From assembly GCA_034099845.1 (NCBI GenBank), contig JAXEMQ010000169.1:1-36160 (forward strand): a stretch of DNA of 36,160 nt, given 5' to 3'. Below the pieces are notes generated by a model, which was not told the DNA's origin, did not search any database, and saw only the letters and a list, made by a program, of their open reading frames with translations. How positions within the stretch are numbered: the first letter of the stretch is position 1; each line of letters begins with the position of its first letter. This stretch comes from Faecousia sp. (GTDB lineage Bacteria > Bacillota > Clostridia > Oscillospirales > Oscillospiraceae). The position numbers and the translations under genes were made by a program. Of the stretch, positions 26,772-36,160 are shown one piece after another.

Positions 26772-27749
26772 ATGAAAAAAGCAATGGCCGGGTCGGTGAT
26801 TCTGGGGATGCTGCTGCTGATTCTGGACAGCGGCACGGCCCTTCAGGGGGCATCGGAGGGAATCCGGCTGTGTCTGTGTTCCGTCATTCCGGCTCTGCTG
26901 CCCTTCTGGGTGCTGTCTTCCCTTCTGACCCGGCTGCTTTGGGGCACCGGAGGCAGGGGTTCCCGGTTTCTGGGGCGGCTGTTTTCCATACCGGCGGGGG
27001 CGGAATCCTTGCTGATCCCCGCGTTTCTGGGAGGCTATCCCGCGGGAGCCGGCTGTATCGGGGCGGCCTACCGGGAAGGCCGGCTGGGCAAAAAAGACGC
27101 CCAGCGGCTTTTGGGCTATTGCAGCAATGTGGGGCCCGCCTTTCTCTTTGGCATTGTGGCGCCCCAATTGAAGTTCTTCTGGGCGGGCTGGTATCTGTGG
27201 CTGCTGCAGATTCTGGGGGCCTGGACGGCATCCCGGCTGCTGCCGGGAAAGCCGGAAACCACCGCGGCTGTGGGAAATTCCTCCCGGGGAGACCTGCTTG
27301 GGGAGGCCGCTGCAGCCATGGGAAAGATCTGTGTCAGTGTGATCCTGTTTCGGGTGCTGCTTGAATTTCTGGAAGGAATTCTGCCGGGAAATCCGCTGCT
27401 CAAAACGGTGGTTGGCGGCCTGCTGGAGCTGACCAACGGCTGCTGCACCCTTGGAACGCTGCCCCCTGAATGGCGGCTTCCTGTGGCGGCGGGGCTGATG
27501 AGCCTGGGCGGACTGTGTGTGGGGCTGCAAACCGTTTCTGTGACAAAGGGACTGAATCTTACGTATTATGCCTGGGGCAAAGGCATCGCCTGCCTGGTTT
27601 CCGTTGCCGGGGCGGTTTGCCCCTGGAGCCTGACCGGGATTCTCCTGCTGCCGTTCCTGAAAAAATGGGTAGCATTTTTCCGGAAACCGGTGTATAATGG
27701 CAGAAACCAAGGTAACGGGAGGACACTATGCTATTCCGAAAAAAAATAG
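26772..27749 (+). CDS. ylbJ: Sporulation integral membrane protein YlbJ-like
   Basis: VIPALLPF, LGGYPAGA, SNVGPAFL, GLLELTNG, LGGLCVGLQ. Confidence 0.85.
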   Translation: MKKAMAGSVILGMLLLILDSGTALQGASEGIRLCLCSVIPALLPFWVLSSLLTRLLWGTGGRGSRFLGRLFSIPAGAESLLIPAFLGGYPAGAGCIGAAYREGRLGKKDAQRLLGYCSNVGPAFLFGIVAPQLKFFWAGWYLWLLQILGAWTASRLLPGKPETTAAVGNSSRGDLLGEAAAAMGKICVSVILFRVLLEFLEGILPGNPLLKTVVGGLLELTNGCCTLGTLPPEWRLPVAAGLMSLGGLCVGLQTVSVTKGLNLTYYAWGKGIACLVSVAGAVCPWSLTGILLLPFLKKWVAFFRKPVYNGRNQGNGRTLCYSEKK

Positions 27750-27937
27750 ACAGGGCCTGCTCCTACTGCCGGCATGGTGTGGCGCTGTGCGACGGGCAGG
27801 TGCTTTGCGTGAAAAAAGGCATAAAAAAGCCGGAGGAATCCTGCCGGCGGTTCCGCTATGATCCCTTTAAGCGGATCCCTGTAAAGGCAAAAGCCATGGA
27901 TTTCACCCAATACGACGACATGGACTACAGCCTATAA
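27728..27937 (+). CDS. Small conserved Cys-rich protein
   Basis: CSYCRHG..C..CRRFRYDPFKR; GGGAGG RBS. Confidence 0.75.
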   Translation: MLFRKKIDRACSYCRHGVALCDGQVLCVKKGIKKPEESCRRFRYDPFKRIPVKAKAMDFTQYDDMDYSL

Positions 27938-27963
27938 AAAACAGCACCTTCCTTTAGGACGAT

Positions 27964-27999
27964 ATGCAAAAGGCGTGACTTTCGTCACGCCTTTTGCAT
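27964..27999. terminator. Hairpin / terminator between convergent genes
   Basis: ATGCAAAAGGCGTGAC-TTTC-GTCACGCCTTTTGCAT. Confidence 0.7.
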
Positions 28000-28206
28000 T
28001 CAGAGGACAGCCGCAAAGCAGGGCAAGGGATACAGTCCCTTGTTCGGAACGCAGTGACGGACAACGCCCCGGACACTTCCCGGGCCTTACGCCTCGCAGA
28101 GCGCACATACGGGGTCAACCCATATAGAAGTGCGCCCTGGTTCAACAAACCGGAATTATGATGGGCGGTAAGAGCGTTTTGAAAAGTGGTCCGGAGCAAG
28201 CTGGCA

Positions 28207-28989
28207 CTACAGAAGTACTGCCAGTGAAAGTATCAGCATATGCACCGGATAAAAGACGTAAAAACCGGTTTGGATGATTTTGTTATGTGGTCCCTGTTTG
28301 CCCTTGTACAGCCATATGGGGGCGAGTGCCAGACATGCCATTGACTGTTGTACAATGAATATTTCGCGTCCAAAGATTTGTACCGGAACGGACAGACCTC
28401 CGATTAACATCACGTTAATCCAGCACAGTCCAACAAATTGTCCCAGAAGGCACCACCATTTTCTTCCACGGAACAGGTAGAAAACCAGTACCATCCATAT
28501 TCCATATCCAAAATAATCCACCATAGTAAGGAAACCAAGTGCATAGCCTGCTACTGCTGAAAGCAAAAAGACAATAAGAGTCAGCAGAGGCTTTCCTTTA
28601 TGGCGCGTTTTTTCGATGACGGTAATACATAAAAGGCCCAGTAGGAATGTCCATAGTACATTTTGGTGGAAGGGATAAATCGGACTTCCTCCGTATATCA
28701 GGTTGAAGGGTAACTCAGAGAGAATTGCCCAAAAGAGCAGTCGTCCCAAATATTTTTTCAAATTGTGGGTGTGGAAATAGCCCTCCACCAGCATAAAGGC
28801 AAAGATAGGATAAGCAAGCCTGCCCACCCAGGTAAGCCAGGCATATTGGGAAAGGACAGTCGCCCAAAGATGGTCGCACAGCATAAGAAGCATGGCGATG
28901 ATATGAAGTGTAAAGGAACTGATGCCTTGAAAAACTCCATTTTTTTGTTGAGATGTTCGGCTTTGGTGAAATACACGGATGAACTTCAT
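28207..28989 (-). CDS. TraX-family membrane protein (acyltransferase-like)
   Basis: IIAMLLMLCDH, GRLAYPIFAF..EGYFHTHN, DYFGYG, FYVFYPVH; start uncertain. Confidence 0.85.
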   Translation of the reverse strand: MKFIRVFHQSRTSQQKNGVFQGISSFTLHIIAMLLMLCDHLWATVLSQYAWLTWVGRLAYPIFAFMLVEGYFHTHNLKKYLGRLLFWAILSELPFNLIYGGSPIYPFHQNVLWTFLLGLLCITVIEKTRHKGKPLLTLIVFLLSAVAGYALGFLTMVDYFGYGIWMVLVFYLFRGRKWWCLLGQFVGLCWINVMLIGGLSVPVQIFGREIFIVQQSMACLALAPIWLYKGKQGPHNKIIQTGFYVFYPVHMLILSLAVLL

Positions 28990-29062
28990 GATAAAGATTT
29001 CCCCCATGAACGATTTGTATTTATCCTCTTTCGGTGAAAAGTTGCCTCTCCGAATTCTGATT

Positions 29063-29231
29063 TATACGGCAACACCGCACAATGGGAACTGCGGGCTTCG
29101 GCAGATCTTTTGCCCCAATCGTGCAGTATGAAAAATGGGAAATACGTCCAGTATTCCCGCGTTTTTCATACTTTCGCTTGTGCCAAAACACTGGCCGAAT
29201 CTCCTTGCCCCATTATGCGGTGCTGCCATAG
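29063..29231. repeat. ~170-bp imperfect palindromic element (MITE/REP-like)
   Basis: Ends TACGGCAACACCGCACAATGGG / CCCATTATGCGGTGCTGCCATA; inner stem AGTATGAAAAA/TTTTTCATACT. Confidence 0.65.
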
Positions 29232-29351
29232 GTCTGTTTGGCTCCATATTATCACTTAACAGGATAAAATACCAGGACAGCCACAGTAGTTCAGCACTGC
29301 TGTGGCTGTTACTGTCTTACGGACACCCACCCTTCGGAGGGTGCTGTTTTT

Positions 29352-31953
<2,602 letters not shown>

Positions 31954-31971
31954 GGGCATCCCTCCCCTGCC

Positions 31972-32000
31972 AGTGTATTCCGGAAAGGGGGAGAATAGAA
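31972..32000 (-). promoter_or_regulatory. SigE-like promoter of yunB
   Basis: TTCTATT-14 bp-AATACACT. Confidence 0.55.
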
Positions 32001-32005
32001 ACCTT

Positions 32006-34387
32006 TTACAGCTTTTTCATATGTGCGCCGGCGGCTTTTGCCATCAGCTTCTTGGTGCCGATGTCATCAAAGGCCACTTCCAGCAGGGCGTCGCCGCCCA
32101 TTTTCACCACGGAAAGGATCAGACCTCTGCCAAAGGCGGCGTGCATGACCATATCGCCCTTGTTGTAGTCCGGCAGCGGGGCCGAGGGGGCGGAATGTGC
32201 CCGCAGGGCGCCGGAAAGATAACCGTTTGAGGGAACCGGCCGCTTTTCATAGGCCACGGACCGCTGTGCTTCCGCCCGGAAGCCTCCCCGTTTTTCGATA
32301 CATTCTTCCGGAATCTCCCGCAAAAATCGGGAAGGCAAAGCGGAAGAAGTCCGGCCGTAGATCATCCGCTGGCGGGCATGGCTGATGGTCAGGGTCTCCT
32401 TGGCCCGGGTGATGGCCACATAGCACAGACGCCGCTCCTCCTCCATCTCCTCCTGGTCGCCGATGGCCCGCATTCCGGGGAACAGCCCGTCTTCAAAGCC
32501 CACCAGGAAAACATGGGGAAATTCCAGTCCCTTCGCGGAGTGGACCGTCATCATCACCACGGTGTTGTCCCCTTCACTGTACTGCTCCAGATCGGTGTAC
32601 AGGGCGATCTCCTCCAGAAAGCCTGCCAGGCTGGGCTCCATGGTATTGGCCATATAGGCGTGAATGCTGGATTTCAGTTCGCGGACGTTTTCCAGCCGGG
32701 TTTTGTTCTCCTCTGTGGGTTTGCCGGTCAGCATATCCGCGTAGCCGGTGCGGACCAGCAGCTCGTCGTAGAATTCCGGCAGGCTCATTCCGTCTTCCAG
32801 CAGCTTGGAAAGGCCCTCAATCAGGGCGCTGAACTGCAAAAGCTTCTGAGCGCTCTTTTCCAGCGGCGCGTAGCTGTAGGGGTCGCTGAGTACATCGTAA
32901 AGGCTCTTGTTTTCCGCCTCCGCCAGACGCTGTACGGTTTCGATGGTTTTGGCGCCCAGCCCTCTGGGAGGATTGTTGACAATCCGGGCCAGGCGCAGAT
33001 CGTCCGCCCGGTTGTTGATGACGCAGAGGTAGGAGAGCATATCCTTGACTTCCGCCCGGTCAAAGAAGCGGGTGCCGCCGATGACCTTATAGGGAATGCC
33101 GTTTCGCTTGAAGGCATATTCCAGAGCGTTGGACTGGGCATTGGTCCGGTAGAGAATGGCGTAGTCCTTGAAATTCCGGCCCTTGGAGCCTGCCAGAATC
33201 TGACCTGCCACAAAATTGCCCTCGCCGGATTCATCGTTTGCTTCGTAGACAAGAATCGGCGCGCCGCCCTTTTTTGCAGTCCACAGGTGCTTACCCTTTC
33301 TGCCCTGGTTGTGCGCAATCACCGCGTTGGCCGCGTCCAGAATGGACTGGGTGGAGCGGTAATTCTGTTCCAGACGGATAACCCGGGCACCGGGATACTG
33401 CTCTTCAAAGGACAGAATGTTTTCAATGGTGGCGCCCCGGAAGCGGTAAATACTCTGGTCGTCATCTCCAACTACACAGATGTTGCCCCAGTGGCCACTG
33501 AGCAGGCTGGTGAGCAGATACTGGACATGGTTGGTATCCTGATACTCGTCAACCAGCACATACTGGAATTTGCGTTGGTAGTATTCCCGGACCTCCGGTT
33601 CCTGCTGCAAAAGCTTTACGGTTACGTAGAGAATGTCGTCAAAATCCAGGGCGTTGTTGTCCTTCAGCCGCTTCTGGTAGGCGCAATAGGCTTTGGCAAT
33701 CTGGGTCAGCCGCAGGTCGGAAGAACTCCCGCTGTTTTGAAGCATTTCTTCCGGAGAGATCAACCGGTCCTTCTGGCGGCCGATGACCGAGAGCACATAT
33801 TTGGGTGGGAAGGTTTTGTCATCCAGCCCCATGTCCTTCAGAACCTCTTTCATCTGCCGCTCGGAATCGGAGCTGTCGTAGATGGTAAAGCTGCCGGTGT
33901 AGCCCATCCGGTCGATATATCGCCTCAGAATCCGGCAGCAGGCAGCGTGGAAGGTCATGGCCCAGATGTCCCCTGCCCCATCCCCCAGCAGGGTTTCCAG
34001 CCGCTCCCGCAGCTCTCCGGCGGCCTTATTGGTAAAGGTGATGGCGATGATGTTCCAAGGCTTTACAGGCTCCAGGGCGCACAGCTCGTCGGCCCGGACC
34101 CGCTCATTTTCACTGGGATCGGCAGAGAGCCCTTCCAGGAAACGCACATCCGCTTCCGTTACAAAATCCGGAATCTCCTTCCCCTCCGAGCCGTGGCCGT
34201 AGCGCAGAAGATTGGCAATCCGGTTGATGAGAACCGTTGTTTTTCCGGAACCGGCCCCGGCCAGAAGCAGCAGGGGCCCTTCCGTGGTGAGCACCGCCTG
34301 CCGCTGCATATTGTTGAGCATGGAAAAGCGGCCTTCGATATAGTTCTTCCGGGCCGCAAGAAAACGCATATCCAAAGAATCGTTCAT
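32006..34387 (-). CDS. pcrA: ATP-dependent DNA helicase PcrA/UvrD
   Basis: AGAGSGKT, DEYQD, QNYRS, EEERRLCYVAITRA, C-terminal Tudor-like domain. Confidence 0.96.
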   Translation of the reverse strand: MNDSLDMRFLAARKNYIEGRFSMLNNMQRQAVLTTEGPLLLLAGAGSGKTTVLINRIANLLRYGHGSEGKEIPDFVTEADVRFLEGLSADPSENERVRADELCALEPVKPWNIIAITFTNKAAGELRERLETLLGDGAGDIWAMTFHAACCRILRRYIDRMGYTGSFTIYDSSDSERQMKEVLKDMGLDDKTFPPKYVLSVIGRQKDRLISPEEMLQNSGSSSDLRLTQIAKAYCAYQKRLKDNNALDFDDILYVTVKLLQQEPEVREYYQRKFQYVLVDEYQDTNHVQYLLTSLLSGHWGNICVVGDDDQSIYRFRGATIENILSFEEQYPGARVIRLEQNYRSTQSILDAANAVIAHNQGRKGKHLWTAKKGGAPILVYEANDESGEGNFVAGQILAGSKGRNFKDYAILYRTNAQSNALEYAFKRNGIPYKVIGGTRFFDRAEVKDMLSYLCVINNRADDLRLARIVNNPPRGLGAKTIETVQRLAEAENKSLYDVLSDPYSYAPLEKSAQKLLQFSALIEGLSKLLEDGMSLPEFYDELLVRTGYADMLTGKPTEENKTRLENVRELKSSIHAYMANTMEPSLAGFLEEIALYTDLEQYSEGDNTVVMMTVHSAKGLEFPHVFLVGFEDGLFPGMRAIGDQEEMEEERRLCYVAITRAKETLTISHARQRMIYGRTSSALPSRFLREIPEECIEKRGGFRAEAQRSVAYEKRPVPSNGYLSGALRAHSAPSAPLPDYNKGDMVMHAAFGRGLILSVVKMGGDALLEVAFDDIGTKKLMAKAAGAHMKKL

Positions 34388-34422
34388 AGAAGCACCTGTC
34401 ATTTCTCTGATTTGGTGCCTCC

Positions 34423-34451
34423 ATTTTACTATAATTCCCTCCAAATTGCAA
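34423..34451 (-). promoter_or_regulatory. SigA promoter of pcrA
   Basis: TTGCAA-17 bp-TAAAAT. Confidence 0.6.
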
Positions 34452-34457
34452 GGCGCA

Positions 34458-35159
34458 TCAGCTCAGTCTTTCCCGCAGAAGCGTCAGTGCCTTGCGCTCG
34501 ATTCTCGATACCTGCACCTGGCTGATGTGCAGGATGGAGGCCACCTTCTGCTGGGTGAGCCCATGGAAGTACCGCAGGCCCACCACCTGCTGTTCCCGGT
34601 CCGGCAGGGCCTTTACGGCCTGCCGCAGGGCGATTTTCTCTACCATCCGCTCTTCCGACTCCGTATCCGTCAGCACGGATTCCAGACAGAAGCCGTCCTC
34701 TCCGGTTTCCCGGTAGATGGATTCCGTGGCGGCGGTGGCGGTTTCCGCCAGGGCGATGTCTTCGGGAGAAAGACCGGTTTCCTGACTGATTTCCAGCAGC
34801 CCCGGTTCCCGGCCCAGGGTATGGGTCAGCCGGTTCCGGGCGGATTTGATGGCCGCGGACTGTTCCTTCAGCCCCCGGGAGACCTTCACGGCCCCGTCGT
34901 CCCGGAGAAACCGGCGGATTTCCCCCGCAATTTTCGGAACGGCATAGGTGGAAAACCGGGTTCCGAAAGCGGCGTCAAAGCCCTCTACGGCCTTGAGAAA
35001 GCCCAGACAGCCCAGTTGATACAGATCCTCCAGTTCCGTTCCCCTGCCCTGAAAACGCCTTGCAACGGCCCAGATAAGCCCGGCGTTTTCCTGAACCAGG
35101 GCTTCCCTGGCGGTTTCATCTCCTGCCTGGGCCAGACGGATCAGTGTTTCCTGGCTCAC
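34458..35159 (-). CDS. sigF: RNA polymerase sporulation sigma factor SigF
   Basis: GTG start overlapping the spoIIAB stop; FSTYAVPKIAGEIRRFLRDDG, QVQVSRIE. Confidence 0.93.
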   Translation of the reverse strand: MSQETLIRLAQAGDETAREALVQENAGLIWAVARRFQGRGTELEDLYQLGCLGFLKAVEGFDAAFGTRFSTYAVPKIAGEIRRFLRDDGAVKVSRGLKEQSAAIKSARNRLTHTLGREPGLLEISQETGLSPEDIALAETATAATESIYRETGEDGFCLESVLTDTESEERMVEKIALRQAVKALPDREQQVVGLRYFHGLTQQKVASILHISQVQVSRIERKALTLLRERLS

Positions 35160-35587
35160 GTCCGCCGCTGCAGCTTCCGGCGCATATGTACGGCGGTGCC
35201 CTTTCCCTCTATGGAGGTGACCTCCAGCGTGGTCATAAAGCTTTCCATAATGGTAAAGCCCATGCCGCTGCGTTCCGTTCCGCCGGTGGTAAAGCTGGGT
35301 CTTCTCGCTTTTTCCACATCCGGGATGCCCACACCCTTGTCCTTGATCACAATGTCCAGCACATTGTCCTTGAGAATCCGGCAGCGCAGTGTGATGGTGC
35401 CCAGCCGATTGGGGTAGGCATGGACGATGCAATTGGTTACGGCTTCCGACACCGCCGTGCGGATGTCCCCCAGCTCCTCCAAGGTGGGGTCCATCTGGGC
35501 GGCAAAGCAGGCTACGGCGCTGCGGGCAAAGGATTCGTTGCAGGATTTGCTGGGAAATTCCAGAATCATATAGTTTCCGAATTTCAT
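35156..35587 (-). CDS. spoIIAB: Anti-sigma F factor
   Basis: NESFAR, SEAVTNCIVHAY, ERSGMGFTIME. Confidence 0.96.
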   Translation of the reverse strand: MKFGNYMILEFPSKSCNESFARSAVACFAAQMDPTLEELGDIRTAVSEAVTNCIVHAYPNRLGTITLRCRILKDNVLDIVIKDKGVGIPDVEKARRPSFTTGGTERSGMGFTIMESFMTTLEVTSIEGKGTAVHMRRKLQRRT

Positions 35588-35901
35588 GATACCGCCTCCC
35601 GTAATTCCACCAGTTTGTCAAGACCCGAGGCGCGGAACACCCGCATGGGCTGGGGCGACAGGCCCGTCAGCAGGAGCCTTCCTTCAATCTGGCTCATGGA
35701 TCGCAGAGCGTTGATCACCACGGCAATGCCGGAAGAATCCACAAAGGTCACATCCCGGAAATCCAGCACACAGGTCTCCGGCATATAGGTTTCGATTTTG
35801 GCGGCAATGATGCGGATATAGGTCTTGGCGCAGTGGTGGTCAATTTCTCCGGTAAGGGCAATGGTGAGCTTGTCCCCTTCCTGGAAACTGGTGAAATTCA
35901 T
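35584..35901 (-). CDS. spoIIAA: Anti-anti-sigma F factor
   Basis: GEIDHH, FVDSSGI STAS motif. Confidence 0.95.
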   Translation of the reverse strand: MNFTSFQEGDKLTIALTGEIDHHCAKTYIRIIAAKIETYMPETCVLDFRDVTFVDSSGIAVVINALRSMSQIEGRLLLTGLSPQPMRVFRASGLDKLVELREAVS

Positions 35902-36057
35902 GACAATTCCTCCTTTTGTTTTTTCACCAGTATAAGCTTTGCGGGATGCGGACACTGTCGGATGGGAGTATGGTTATAAAAAAAGCTGCCCCAGGGTGGA
36001 GGCAGGAGGTTGGAGAAGAAGGAGTTATCTGATTAAGGATTGCGCCGCAGTGCGCCT

Positions 36058-36154
36058 TGCCTCTCCCTATGGGAGAGGTGCCCCCGCAGGGGGCGGAGAG
36101 GGCCCTCTCAGTCACGGCAGATGCCGTGCCAGCTCCCCCAAGGGGGGAGCCAAG
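36058..36154. repeat. REP-like GC-rich multi-hairpin extragenic repeat
   Basis: CCTCTCCC-TAT-GGGAGAGG, GCCCCC-GCA-GGGGGC, CACGGCA-GA-TGCCGTG, GCTCCCCC-AAG-GGGGGAGC. Confidence 0.7.
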
Positions 36155-36160
36155 TGCACT

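Noticed and set aside
28000-28200. Hairpin-rich spacer as a known ncRNA or riboswitch
   Set aside because: No recognisable family motif, and it lies between convergent gene ends
28207-28989. traX as evidence of a conjugative element
   Set aside because: No relaxase, T4SS or integrase nearby; solitary TraX-family genes are common in Clostridia
35160-35621. N-terminal extension of the 387-aa sigF ORF
   Set aside because: Overlaps spoIIAB in another frame; the likely start is GTG at 35159

Overview
Chromosomal segment of a spore-forming Clostridia-class Firmicute (spoIIA operon, yqfCD, ylbJ, yunB; Oscillospiraceae-like repeats). The backbone is housekeeping and sporulation genes: radA, a XerC-like recombinase, pfkA, xerD, coaD, rsmD, uvrC, HPr, mutS2, recO, era, ybeY, phoH, ligA, pcrA and sigF. 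The main accessory feature is an apparently complete ~7.27-kb AT-rich filamentous-phage (inovirus) prophage at ~3251-10555. It carries an Arc/RHH repressor with three operators, a pV-like ssDNA-binding protein, a pMV158-type nick hairpin and Rep_2 HUH initiator, coat genes, pIII/pVI-like genes and an N-terminally anchored pI/Zot ATPase. The repressor and two of the coat genes are missing from the ORF track. The prophage has no integrase. It is bounded by two copies of a 34-35-bp near-palindromic site, the left copy just upstream of the host XerC-like gene. Each copy has an identically spaced promoter to its right that fires back towards it. This suggests a dif-like site for a single recombinase, hijacked by the phage, with a replacement xer promoter supplied by the phage. 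The phage also has a counter-oriented accessory operon (SprT-like metalloprotease plus two small proteins), apparently controlled by a ~58-nt antisense RNA that shows an anti-RBS sequence in a loop, next to a ~370-nt highly structured region. Functional calls come from motif recognition by eye; no database searches were run.
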